From: Victivallaceae bacterium
Lineage (GTDB): Bacteria; Verrucomicrobiota; Lentisphaeria; Victivallales; Victivallaceae
Assembly (NCBI GenBank): GCA_031549115.1
Contig: JAVBQJ010000071.1
Coordinates: 7,451-71,450 of the forward strand
DNA length: 64,000 bases
Reading direction: 5' to 3'
Shown one piece after another: positions 25,679-38,113 of this stretch (positions within the stretch are counted from its first letter, which is position 1; every line of letters starts with the position of its first letter). A model generated the notes under the pieces. That model made no database searches. It saw nothing but the letters and a program-made list of their open reading frames with translations, and had not been told where the DNA came from. Both the position numbers and the translations under genes were made by a program.

Positions 25679-28186
25679 TCAGAAGCCGAATTCCGGCTGA
25701 ACGATGCCGAGATCATCCAACGAATCCCGCTCGGCGGATTGCGGTTCCCGCTCCGGCGGCGGTGGGGGGGGAACTTCCACAGCAGGGCGCAGCGGTCGTT
25801 TCCGTGCCGGACGCCGGGCGTCCGGCGTCTCTTCCAACACGAAATCCCCGGTCTTTGCCGTGTCCGGAGCAACCGCTTCCGGCTGCGGCTCTTCCACGGC
25901 TTCGGTTGTTTCGATGCTCTCCACAACTTCAACGGTTTCCGTTACTTCGACAACCTCTGCAACTTCGACGGTTTCCGTTATTTCGATGCTCTCCACGACT
26001 TCGACGGTCTCCGCAATTTCAACGGTTTCCACGATCTCGACGGTTTCCGTTACCTCGATGGTCTCCACGACTTCGACGATTCCGGGCGCCGTTTCCGGCA
26101 CTTCCACGCTACCGCTGTCGACATCGTCGTCATCGGTGCCGTTCGACTCGCGCGGCGCCGCATCGGCGGCGAGCAGGACTGCCATTTCCTCCGGCTCCAG
26201 ATAGCGCTGCCAGGTCAATTTTTCCAGCGATTTGCCGTTGAAAAGCATCAGGCCTCGGGCTTTGGCGGAACGGACCGCCAGCGTCAGCACGTTGAACTCC
26301 TGCTTTTCCTTGCTGCGTTTGTCCGCGACGACGGCTTCGTAAACCGCGTCCGGGCGCGGCGTGAACAAATCCACCCGGCAGTTTTCCGGGCACAGATTGT
26401 AAACGCGGTCGGTGATGAATTTGTCGATTTTGCAGCGCTTGCCGTAAAACTTCCCGGTTTTGTTTTCCCGGTATACCACCCCGAACTCGATGGCCGGATC
26501 GTATTTCCGGAAGTCGTACAGCTTGCCGATGAAGATCTTTTCCGGGCGCGGAATGATCTTATATGCGCCGTTGCGCTCGAGGCACAACAGCTTGTCGAAT
26601 TCATTGACCAGTACGCTGTCGTCGCTCTTGACACCGGTGCCGATGTAGCCGTTTTTCCGGTCCCAACCGACTTTGATGTTGTTGAGCGCGGCTTCGCGCG
26701 GGTCGATCTTTTCCAGATTTTCGATTTCGGTGCGGCGCGGGAAACGGGGGCCGTACTTTGCCAGCAGCGCTTCGAGGTACTTGATTGCGTAGGATTTCAG
26801 ATGCTTGAGGTTCTTTTCGACCGTGTCCATCTGGGCCAGGATATCGGCGATCTCCTCCTGGTTCTTGCGGATGTCGAACAGCGAAATCCGCCGGATCTGC
26901 AACGCCAGCAGCTTCTCGATGTCTTCGGGGGTGATGTCGCGGCGCAGCATGTGCCGGAACGGCGCCAGTCCCTCCAACACCGCCAATTGCACCGCGTCGG
27001 CGGTCACGCACTCCTCGATCTTTTTGTAAATCCGGTTCTCGATGAAAATCTGCGCCAGCGTTTTGGAGTGGAACAATTCGCTCAGCCGTTCGTATTCCAA
27101 CTCCAGTTCGCGCTGCAGATAATACAGCAGCTTTTCGGTGTTGCGCCGGATCACGCTGTCGACATTCATCTCCACCGGGTGGCCTTCGCAGATCACCATC
27201 ATGTTGACCGAGATCGACTTCGAGCAATCAGTATAGGTATAAAGCGCCTGCAGCGCCTTTTCCGGGTCGTAACCGCGGGTCGGCACGATTTCGATCTCGA
27301 CCTTTTCGGCGGTATAATCGTTGATCGTCGCGATCTTGATCTTGCCCTTTTCCACCGCGCGCTCGATCGACGCGATCAGGCTTTCGGTGGTGGTGGAGGC
27401 CGGAATTTCATGGATCAGGAGTTTGCGCCCGTCGATGTCGATTTTCGCCCGCAGAATGACCTTGCCGTTGCCTTTCGCGTATTCGCGCACGTCCATCAGC
27501 CCGCCTTGCAGGAAGTCGGGGTAAAGCTCGAAGTCTTCGCCGCGCAGCACCGCGATCTGGGCCTGCAGGAGTTCATTGAAGTTGTGCGGCAAAATCCGCG
27601 TGCTCATCCCGACCGCGATGCCTTCGGTGCCGAGCATCAATAGCGACGGGATTTTCACCGGCAGCACCACCGGCTCCTGGTTGCGGCCGTCGTAGGAATC
27701 GACCAATTCGGTGATGCTGTTGTTGAACAGCACCTCTTTGCCCAGCGGCGACAGCCGGCACTCGATGTAACGCGGCGCCGACGCGCAGTCGCCGGTGTAG
27801 ATATTGCCGAAGTTCCCCTGCCGGTCGATGAAATATTCCTTGTTGGCCAAAACCACCAGCGCATCGCCGATGGAGGCGTCGCCGTGCGGGTGAAACTGCA
27901 TGGTGTGGCCGATCACGTTGGCGACCTTGTGGAATTTGCCGTCGTCGAGGCGCATCAGGCTCCACAGGATGCGCCGCTGCACCGGTTTGAGGCCGTCGTC
28001 GACATCCGGGATGGCGCGGTCTTTGATCACGTAGCTCGCGTATTCCAGGAAGTTGCGGTCGATCATCCGCGACAGATATTGATTGGTATTCTGGTCCCGC
28101 TGCGCTTCGACCGCTCCCGAATCCAACGCTTCCGGCTCGCTGTCGCTGCCGGCGGCCTCATACTTGATTTCTTCGTCCGTGGTCAT
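25679..28186 (-). CDS. Type IIA DNA topoisomerase subunit A (GyrA/ParC family; ParC-like, no GyrA-box seen) with acidic tandem-repeat C-terminal tail
   Basis: N-terminal breakage-reunion domain: AIPDVDDGLKPVQRRILW...HPHGD...IAVGMST. C-terminal ~60 aa is a hexapeptide repeat (VETIEV/TETVEI...). ATGA overlap with the upstream subunit B gene. Confidence 0.85.
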   Translation of the reverse strand: MTTDEEIKYEAAGSDSEPEALDSGAVEAQRDQNTNQYLSRMIDRNFLEYASYVIKDRAIPDVDDGLKPVQRRILWSLMRLDDGKFHKVANVIGHTMQFHPHGDASIGDALVVLANKEYFIDRQGNFGNIYTGDCASAPRYIECRLSPLGKEVLFNNSITELVDSYDGRNQEPVVLPVKIPSLLMLGTEGIAVGMSTRILPHNFNELLQAQIAVLRGEDFELYPDFLQGGLMDVREYAKGNGKVILRAKIDIDGRKLLIHEIPASTTTESLIASIERAVEKGKIKIATINDYTAEKVEIEIVPTRGYDPEKALQALYTYTDCSKSISVNMMVICEGHPVEMNVDSVIRRNTEKLLYYLQRELELEYERLSELFHSKTLAQIFIENRIYKKIEECVTADAVQLAVLEGLAPFRHMLRRDITPEDIEKLLALQIRRISLFDIRKNQEEIADILAQMDTVEKNLKHLKSYAIKYLEALLAKYGPRFPRRTEIENLEKIDPREAALNNIKVGWDRKNGYIGTGVKSDDSVLVNEFDKLLCLERNGAYKIIPRPEKIFIGKLYDFRKYDPAIEFGVVYRENKTGKFYGKRCKIDKFITDRVYNLCPENCRVDLFTPRPDAVYEAVVADKRSKEKQEFNVLTLAVRSAKARGLMLFNGKSLEKLTWQRYLEPEEMAVLLAADAAPRESNGTDDDDVDSGSVEVPETAPGIVEVVETIEVTETVEIVETVEIAETVEVVESIEITETVEVAEVVEVTETVEVVESIETTEAVEEPQPEAVAPDTAKTGDFVLEETPDARRPARKRPLRPAVEVPPPPPPEREPQSAERDSLDDLGIVQPEFGF
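25870..26110. repeat. Intragenic 18-bp tandem repeat (about 10 units) encoding the acidic [VI]ET[VI]E[VI] tail of topoisomerase subunit A
   Basis: Units such as ttccgttacttcgacaac / ctctgcaacttcgacggt / ttccgttatttcgatgct are visible on the + strand. Translated on the minus strand they give VETIEVTETVEIVETVEIAETVEVVESIEITETVEV... Confidence 0.7.
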
Positions 28187-29994
28187 AGCGTCGCATCCAG
28201 ATTTTTCATGATATGTTCACGTCGCGCCGGCGTATTTTCTCCCATATAGAAATTCAACAGCTCGGGGACGTTTCGCATCGTATCCACCGTCACCTGCAGC
28301 AGACGGATGTTTTCGCCGATGAACACGCCGAACTCGTCCGGCGAAATTTCCCCCAACCCTTTGAAGCGGGTGATCTCCGGCATCGAGCGGCCCTTGCCCA
28401 GCCGCTGAATCGCCGCGTCGCGTTCGACCAGGTTGTAACAGTAGATCGTTTCCTGCTTGTTGCGCACCCGGAAGATCGGGGTTTCCAGAATATACAAGTG
28501 CCCCGACGTCACCACCTGGTGATGCAGCTCCAGAAAGAACGTGATCATCAGGTTGCGGATATGCGAGCCGTCGACGTCGGCGTCGGTGGCCAGGACCACC
28601 TTGTCGTAGCGCAGCTCCTCGGGGTCGTTGTCGATTCCGAGCGCCTGGGTGATGTAGTACAGCTCCTCGTTGCGGTACACTTTCTCCTCGGCTTCGTTGT
28701 GGCAGTTCAGGGGTTTGCCCTTCAACGAAAAGATCGCCTGGGTGTAAACGTCGCGGCAGCTGACCATGGAACCGGTCGCCGACTGCCCCTCGGTGATGAA
28801 AATCATGGTTTCGCGGCCGTTGGCGCGGCGGTCGCCCTTGTGATATTTGCAGTCCTTGAGCTTCGGAATTTTGAGCGACATCTTTTTGGCGCTCTCCTTG
28901 TTCTGCTTTTTGACCTGCTGGATCTGTTTGCGCAGCTGTTCGTTGCGGGATATCTTGTCCATCACGATATCGGCGGCGTCGCGGTTTTTGTGCAGATAAT
29001 CGCAGATCGCATCCTTGACCGCGGCGACGATCGGACCCCGGACTTCGGAGTTGCCGAGTTTGTTTTTGGTCTGCGACTCGAATACCGGATCCTGCAATTT
29101 GATCGCGATGGCGCCGGTCAGGCCGTCGCGGACGTCGCTGGCCTGAAAACTCTTGCCGGAAAATTCATTGATCGCTTTCAGCACCCCTTCGCGGAATGCC
29201 GACAGGTGCGTCCCGCCGTCGCTGGTGTACTGGCCGTTGACGAAGGAATAGTACGTTTCGCCGTAATCGTCATGGTGCGACAGCGCGAATTCGTAGGGCC
29301 CGACTTTGAATGCCATCACATCGTACAGCTGCGAATCGCCCATTTCGGTGTCGAGCAGGTCTTTGAGCCCGTTTTTGGAAAAAAAGCGCTGGTCGTTGAG
29401 GTACAAGGACAACCCGCTGTTCAAGTACGCATACATCCACAGCCGTTTTTCGATGTATTCCAGCCGGTATTCGAAGTCGACGAACTGTTCCTCGTCCGGC
29501 GTGAAGCGGACGGTGGTGCCGTTTTTCTCGTCGGTGTCGCCGTCGTTTTCGCCGGTCAGTATGCCGCGCTCGAAACGCGCCTCCTTGAACTTGCCGTCGC
29601 GGACCGAGCGGGCGATGAATTCGCGCGACAGCGCGTTCACCGCCTTGGTGCCGACGCCGTTGAGGCCGATTGAAAACTGGAACGCGGCGTCGTTGTATTT
29701 GCCGCCGGTGTTCATTTCGGAGACGCATTGCACCAGCTTGCCCAGGGGAATGCCGCGGCCGTAGTCACGGACCGACAATTGCTTTCCCTCCAGACGGATG
29801 TCGATGCGCTTGCCGGAGCCCATGATGTATTCGTCGACGGCGTTGTCGATCACCTCTTTCAGGAGGATGTAAATGCCGTCGTCGGGGTGCGAGCCGTCGC
29901 CGCGCCGGCCGATATACATTCCGGGACGCAGACGGATGTGCTCCAGCGAGCTCAGAGTTTTGATGTTGTCTTCATTGTAAACGGGTTGTTCCAT
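28183..29994 (-). CDS. Type IIA DNA topoisomerase subunit B (GyrB/ParE family)
   Basis: GHKL ATPase motifs (EVIDNAVDE, DYGRGIP, GLNGVGTKAVNALS). Toprim region (EGQSATGS, DADVDGSHI). Confidence 0.9.
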   Translation of the reverse strand: MEQPVYNEDNIKTLSSLEHIRLRPGMYIGRRGDGSHPDDGIYILLKEVIDNAVDEYIMGSGKRIDIRLEGKQLSVRDYGRGIPLGKLVQCVSEMNTGGKYNDAAFQFSIGLNGVGTKAVNALSREFIARSVRDGKFKEARFERGILTGENDGDTDEKNGTTVRFTPDEEQFVDFEYRLEYIEKRLWMYAYLNSGLSLYLNDQRFFSKNGLKDLLDTEMGDSQLYDVMAFKVGPYEFALSHHDDYGETYYSFVNGQYTSDGGTHLSAFREGVLKAINEFSGKSFQASDVRDGLTGAIAIKLQDPVFESQTKNKLGNSEVRGPIVAAVKDAICDYLHKNRDAADIVMDKISRNEQLRKQIQQVKKQNKESAKKMSLKIPKLKDCKYHKGDRRANGRETMIFITEGQSATGSMVSCRDVYTQAIFSLKGKPLNCHNEAEEKVYRNEELYYITQALGIDNDPEELRYDKVVLATDADVDGSHIRNLMITFFLELHHQVVTSGHLYILETPIFRVRNKQETIYCYNLVERDAAIQRLGKGRSMPEITRFKGLGEISPDEFGVFIGENIRLLQVTVDTMRNVPELLNFYMGENTPARREHIMKNLDATL

Positions 29995-30114
29995 GCCTGC
30001 CCTTCTTTACTTTATCCAATAAATGTAACCCCGAATCGGTGATTTTTCAAGGGAAAAGCCAAATTTTTACTTGGCCCGGAAGCGGGAAAGTCCCTGAAAA
30101 ACTGTTTTTTGCTC

Positions 30115-30142
30115 TTGAAAAAGACGGAAACGATGCTATTTT
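30115..30142 (+). promoter_or_regulatory. Putative rpsB promoter (TTGAAA, 16-nt spacer, TATTTT)
   Basis: Only reasonable sigma70-like match in the 245-bp divergent region upstream of rpsB. Weak. Confidence 0.35.
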
Positions 30143-30240
30143 AGGAGATGGTGTTTCCCGTAAACACACAATAATTTAACCCGAAGGCGGTTTCCGCGTT
30201 ATGGAAAAGCCGCCGCAACGAACAGGAGCGCAAGCGAATC

Positions 30241-31131
30241 ATGGCGAAAATTACGATCAACGATCTGTTGGAAGCCGGTTGTCATTTCGGACACCAGACC
30301 AAGCGTTGGAACCCGAAGATGAAGCACTTTGTCTATGGTGCGAAGAACGGCATCTCGATCATCGACCTGACCAAGACCATGGTCCAGATCGCCGAAGCCT
30401 GCAACTTTTTGCAGAACGTGGTGATGAAGGGCGGAGACATCCTGTTCGTCGGCACCAAGCGCCAGGCGCAGCAGATCACCCGCGAGCTGGCCGAGCGCAC
30501 CAATATGTTCTATGTTTCCGAGCGCTGGATGGGCGGTACTTTGACCAACAACATCACTATCCGCAAGAGCATCGCCAAGATGTACGACATCGACAAAACG
30601 ATGGATTCCGATGCTTCCAAGGGGCTGAAGAAGAAAGAATTGTCGATGATGGCGCGTAACGCGCAGCGTCTGCACCGCGACCTCGACGGCATTGCGTCGA
30701 TGAAGCGCCTGCCGGCGGCTCTGGTGGTGATCGACGTCTGTCACGACGACATCGCGGTCCGCGAAGCCAAGAAGCTGAATATTCCGATCGTCGCGATCTG
30801 CGATACCAACGGCGACCCGGAACCGATCGATTACCCGGTGGCGGCCAACGACGACGCGGTGAAGTCGATCAAGGTGATCACCGATTTGTTCAGCGACGCG
30901 ATTCTCATCGCCAAGGAAGTGTACCAGAAGCAGGTCGTCGAGGCGGAACAGGCGAAAGCCGCGGAAGCCAAGCTGAAGGCCGAAGAGGCGCAGGACGCCG
31001 AAGACGCCGCCCCGAAGGGGCAGGGCCCCCGTAAACCGCGTCCGCGCAAGCAGGACAACAAGCCGGCTGCCGATGATGTGATGGGGCAGGCAATGGCGGC
31101 GCAGGAAGTTGTGGCGCCCGCCGCGGAATAA
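30241..31131 (+). CDS. rpsB: 30S ribosomal protein S2 (with C-terminal Lys/Ala/Glu-rich extension)
   Basis: MAKITINDLLEAGCHFGHQTKRWNPKM...GTLTNN...PAALVVIDV is canonical S2. Ribosome-binding site aggagcgcaagcgaatcATG. Confidence 0.95.
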   Translation: MAKITINDLLEAGCHFGHQTKRWNPKMKHFVYGAKNGISIIDLTKTMVQIAEACNFLQNVVMKGGDILFVGTKRQAQQITRELAERTNMFYVSERWMGGTLTNNITIRKSIAKMYDIDKTMDSDASKGLKKKELSMMARNAQRLHRDLDGIASMKRLPAALVVIDVCHDDIAVREAKKLNIPIVAICDTNGDPEPIDYPVAANDDAVKSIKVITDLFSDAILIAKEVYQKQVVEAEQAKAAEAKLKAEEAQDAEDAAPKGQGPRKPRPRKQDNKPAADDVMGQAMAAQEVVAPAAE

Positions 31132-31160
31132 GCAATTTGCATAATTTTGAGGTGAAGAAA

Positions 31161-31967
31161 ATGATCAGTGCGGATCAAGTGAAGCAGCTCCGGGACAAGA
31201 CCGGTGCCGGGATGATGGATTGCAAGCGGGCTTTGACCGAAGCCAATGGCGATATGGAACAGGCGATCGAAGTGCTGCGCAAGAGCGGCGTTGCCAAAGC
31301 GGAAAAGAAATCCGCCCGTACCACCAACGAAGGCAAAGTTGCCTGTGTGGTTGCCGGCGACGGCGCGGCGATTGTCGAAATCCTGTGTGAAACCGACTTC
31401 GCGGCGAAGAGCGACCGTTTTCTCGCTTTCGTCGATGAAGTGGTCAACACCACCGCGAAGTTCGACGCCGACGGCGACGCGACCGCGATGCTGCAGGAAA
31501 AAATGGCCGACGAACTGGTCAACAAGATCGCGATCATCGGCGAAAACATGCAGTTGCGCCGTGCCGCCCGCTGGGCCAGGACCGGCAAGATCGCCAGCTA
31601 CATTCATGGCGGCGGCCGTATCGGCGTGATGGTCGAAGTCGAGGGCGAAAACCCGGACGACGATTTCATGAGCGATCTGTGCATGCACATCGCGGCGTTC
31701 AAGCCGGACTATATTTGTTCGGCCTGCATTCCGGCGGAAAAGATCGCCAAGGAAAAAGAAATCGCGGCGGCCGCCGATCCGAAGCTGGCGGGCAAGCCGG
31801 CGGAAATGATCGAAAAAATCCTCGCCGGCAAGATCAACAAGTGGTTCAGCGAAGTGACGCTGTTGCAGCAGCCGTGGATCCGTGACGACAAAAGCTGCCT
31901 GGCCAAGCTCCGGCCGAACTTGAAGGTCAAACGCTTCGTTCGCTGGGAAGTCGGCGAAGAAATCTAA
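31161..31967 (+). CDS. tsf: Elongation factor Ts
   Basis: MISADQVKQLRDKTGAGMMDCKRAL (UBA-like N-terminus of EF-Ts). Ribosome-binding site gaggtgaag. Directly downstream of rpsB. The ORF track start at 31137 is 8 codons upstream. Confidence 0.9.
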   Translation: MISADQVKQLRDKTGAGMMDCKRALTEANGDMEQAIEVLRKSGVAKAEKKSARTTNEGKVACVVAGDGAAIVEILCETDFAAKSDRFLAFVDEVVNTTAKFDADGDATAMLQEKMADELVNKIAIIGENMQLRRAARWARTGKIASYIHGGGRIGVMVEVEGENPDDDFMSDLCMHIAAFKPDYICSACIPAEKIAKEKEIAAAADPKLAGKPAEMIEKILAGKINKWFSEVTLLQQPWIRDDKSCLAKLRPNLKVKRFVRWEVGEEI

Positions 31968-31995
31968 GATTCGGAAGCACAGTTTCAGAATCCAA

Positions 31996-32040
31996 CGCCG
32001 GTCGGAACGGGAACAACCGTCTGACCGGCGTGTTTTTTTA
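31996..32040 (+). terminator. Rho-independent terminator of the rpsB-tsf operon
   Basis: cgccggtcggaacgggaacaaccgtctgaccggcg hairpin followed by tgttttttt. Confidence 0.7.
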
Positions 32041-32054
32041 TCGTCATGAGATAA

Positions 32055-32300
32055 CAAAAAAATAGAGCCGCCATTCATGGCGGCGGTCTGCTCTCCGTCA
32101 TACGGAGGCGCGGTCCAGCAGGCGAATACTGCTGGTCGATGCGAAGCGAAAACGAGGGGCTTGTCCCCGAGGGGGAAGAGCAAGCTCACGAATGTGAGCG
32201 TAGCGAGAGCGGAAGCCACCCAAGGTAGCGATGGTGTAGGGAGAGCGAAGCGATTCCCGGAGCATAGAGCGGACGAGGCATCGCATCGGCGATGAGGACA
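32055..32300 (+). repeat. About 230-bp hairpin-rich repeat, family B copy 1 (candidate REP element or small ncRNA)
   Basis: aaaaaaaTAGAGCCGCcattcatGGCGGCGGTCTGCtCTCCGTCATACGGAGGCGCGGTCCAGC... Shares this ~70-bp head and downstream modules (gccacccaaggtagcgatggtgtag) with 42213..42443 and, inverted, with 34020..34262. Confidence 0.6.
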
Positions 32301-32309
32301 TAACGGTAG

Positions 32310-32963
32310 ATGAGGGAAAGAATGGCGGGAAAACGGCGTACTGCTTATTTCGGGGGCACCTTCGATCCGGTGCACGAGGGGCATATCGGGTTGGCGCAGG
32401 CGGTGGTGAAGCACGGCTTTTCCGACCGGGTGTGGTTCGCTCCGGCTTTCGTGCCGCCGCACAAGCGCCGGCGCCGGATCACCGCGTACGTCCACCGGCT
32501 GAATATGTTGACGCTGGCGCTGCGGGGGCTGGATGCCCTGGAGGCGACGGATTTCGAAGCCCGGATTGCGCTGAACCCGTCGTACAGCTGCGAGGTGATG
32601 CGGCGGCTGCGGGCGGCTTATCCGGAGGAGCACTGGCAGCTCCTGATCGGTGCCGACAGCCTGCTGGAACTTCACGGCTGGTTTCAGGCGAAAACGCTGG
32701 TAAATGAATGTGAAATCCTGACGGCGCCGCGTCCCGGAGTCGTTGTGACGCAGGAGTTTCTGATAAAAAACTGGGGTGTGGAAAACGGGGGGCGCTTGTA
32801 CCGCTCTTTGCTGCCGCTGCCGGAATTCGACGCCTCGTCGACGAAAATAAGAGAAAAAGTTGCCAACCGGGTTGTACTTCCGGAAATTCAGTCGTATATT
32901 GAGATGTGCGGACTTTATGAGGGAGTAACCGGAGGAGAGGAAAATTGGAAAACAAAGCATTGA
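32310..32963 (+). CDS. nadD: Nicotinate-nucleotide adenylyltransferase
   Basis: YFGGTFDPVHEGH (HxGH nucleotidyltransferase motif). C-terminal ...SSTKIRE (the SxTxxR region). Start may instead be the ATG at 32322. Confidence 0.85.
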   Translation: MRERMAGKRRTAYFGGTFDPVHEGHIGLAQAVVKHGFSDRVWFAPAFVPPHKRRRRITAYVHRLNMLTLALRGLDALEATDFEARIALNPSYSCEVMRRLRAAYPEEHWQLLIGADSLLELHGWFQAKTLVNECEILTAPRPGVVVTQEFLIKNWGVENGGRLYRSLLPLPEFDASSTKIREKVANRVVLPEIQSYIEMCGLYEGVTGGEENWKTKH

Positions 32964-33337
32964 AAATCGCGGAGCTTGCTGCGCGTGCGATCAACGACAA
33001 ATTCGGGCAGGACATCATGGTTCTGGAGGTGGGAAGCCTGACCAGCATTGCCGATTATTTCGTGCTGTGCACCGCCAATTCCGGGCCGCATCTGCGGGCG
33101 CTGACCTCCGAAGTGGAGGACCGGTTGCGGAAGGAAATGAAGGTCCGGCCGCAGCGCATCGACGGTGACGTCGAAAGCGCGTGGATCACGATGGATTACG
33201 CCAGTGTCCTGGTGCACGTGATGACGCCGGAAACCCGGCAGAAATATCAATTGGAAAGCTTGTGGAGCGACGCGCCGCATATCGACGCCATTCGTTCGGC
33301 GATCGACAATATGCCGCTCCCGGTACCGGCGCAATAA
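32945..33337 (+). CDS. rsfS: Ribosomal silencing factor RsfS (Iojap family)
   Basis: ALKIAELAARAINDKFGQDIMVLEVGSLTSIADYFVLCTANS...WITMDYASVLVHVM. Overlaps the nadD 3' end, the typical nadD-rsfS arrangement. Confidence 0.85.
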   Translation: MENKALKIAELAARAINDKFGQDIMVLEVGSLTSIADYFVLCTANSGPHLRALTSEVEDRLRKEMKVRPQRIDGDVESAWITMDYASVLVHVMTPETRQKYQLESLWSDAPHIDAIRSAIDNMPLPVPAQ

Positions 33338-33345
33338 GAGGTGGC

Positions 33346-33996
33346 ATGTATAGATTCCCGTCACATCAGGATTGGAATGAATTCCAATGGGAGGCGGAAA
33401 TCCGCAAGGATGAGTTGCGCATTTCGCGTTACTTCTCCGCTCTCGCTTCGTGCCTGGATTTGCCCGGCGAAGAAGATTCCATTTACAAGCGTCTGATGGC
33501 GCAGCCGGAGCTGGTGCCGACCGGTGTCGACGCCAAACTGGCGGACATGCGGGATATTTTCGAGGATTCCCAGGACGAAGACGACGAAGAGTGGGAAAAT
33601 ACCGGCGACTGGCGCCGCAAACCGGGCACCGAAGCCTGCCGCCGGGTGGAATACCTCGCGTCCGAATGGAATGCGCTGGTCGCCGGCGCGGTCACGGGGC
33701 CGCATCTGGCGGAAGCCGTCGGCATCACCTGTCTTTTTGGCCGGTTGCTGTCGCGGGTCTACAATCTGACCGAGGGAGATGCTTCGACTCCGGTGGCGCT
33801 GCGCGTCAGTTTGTTGAAGCGCGTCCTCGCCGACGTCAACGACTTGCTCGGCGCGCTGTCCGGCTGGAGCAAGCGCAAAAATATTCCGTCCGACCGGATC
33901 GCTTGGCTGCTCGATCAGCTGCAGCACTTCCGGGAAGCCGCGGTGGACTCGCTGTCGAGCTTCCGCGCCAATCCGGGCGAGTGGGCCGAAGAATAA
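33346..33996 (+). CDS. Hypothetical acidic protein (216 aa), last gene of the nadD-rsfS operon
   Basis: ATG at 33346 with ribosome-binding site agaggtggcATG. No recognisable motif. Contains the acidic stretch DSQDEDDEEWEN. The ORF track start at 33181 overlaps rsfS. Confidence 0.5.
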   Translation: MYRFPSHQDWNEFQWEAEIRKDELRISRYFSALASCLDLPGEEDSIYKRLMAQPELVPTGVDAKLADMRDIFEDSQDEDDEEWENTGDWRRKPGTEACRRVEYLASEWNALVAGAVTGPHLAEAVGITCLFGRLLSRVYNLTEGDASTPVALRVSLLKRVLADVNDLLGALSGWSKRKNIPSDRIAWLLDQLQHFREAAVDSLSSFRANPGEWAEE

Positions 33997-34019
33997 GCTA
34001 TTCGGTAATAGATTCACCG

Positions 34020-34262
34020 CTGGGGCGGTGCCTCGTTCGCTCTCTGTGTAGATCGGATTGTCGCTCACGCTTCCACTCCGATCTACACCATCGCTACCTC
34101 GGGCGGATCCGGACCGCCTCCCGGCGGTCCTTACTTAGGATTTCGCCCCTTTCGAGGCGCTGCGCGCCTGGGGGCGACCAGCGCAATTCGCGCGCTGGAC
34201 CGCGCCTCCGTATGACGGAGTGCAGACCGCCGCTGCGCGGCTCTATTTGATTTTTTTTTATT
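34020..34262 (-). repeat. Family B repeat, inverted copy
   Basis: The reverse complement reads aaaaaaatcaaaTAGAGCCGCgcagcGGCGGTCTGCACTCCGTCATACGGAGGCGCGGTCCAGC...ccgggaggcggtccggatccgcccgaggtagcgatggtgtagatcgga...tccgatctacac. The stem tagatcgga/tccgatcta replaces tagatttgaccg/cggtcaaatcta of copy 3 (compensatory changes). Confidence 0.6.
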
Positions 34263-34285
34263 TTTATGAAGAAATTGCGTTGACT

Positions 34286-37987
<3,702 letters not shown>

Positions 37988-38113
37988 AATGGTATATACT
38001 ATAGCAGAATTTTTGCCTTTTGCCCACATCGGAACTTGTTAAATGGCGATATCGGGTGTATTTTCCAACCAAACAATTTTTTCAGCAAAACGAATTTCAG
38101 GGACCGGAAAAAT

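Noticed and set aside
25870-26110. Possible CRISPR array suggested by the regular ~18-bp periodicity
   Set aside because: The repeat is in-frame coding sequence of the topoisomerase subunit A C-terminus. Units are contiguous with no spacers, and there are no cas genes nearby.
31968-32309. Searched intergenic gaps (2062-2283, 5972-6432, 11832-12153, 31968-32309, 33997-34285, 42195-42443, 50207-50773) for tRNA or other structured RNA genes
   Set aside because: No cloverleaf with a T-loop GTTCRANNC or acceptor-stem arrangement could be recognised by eye. These regions are instead occupied by the repeat families described above. A tRNAscan/Infernal run would be needed to be certain.
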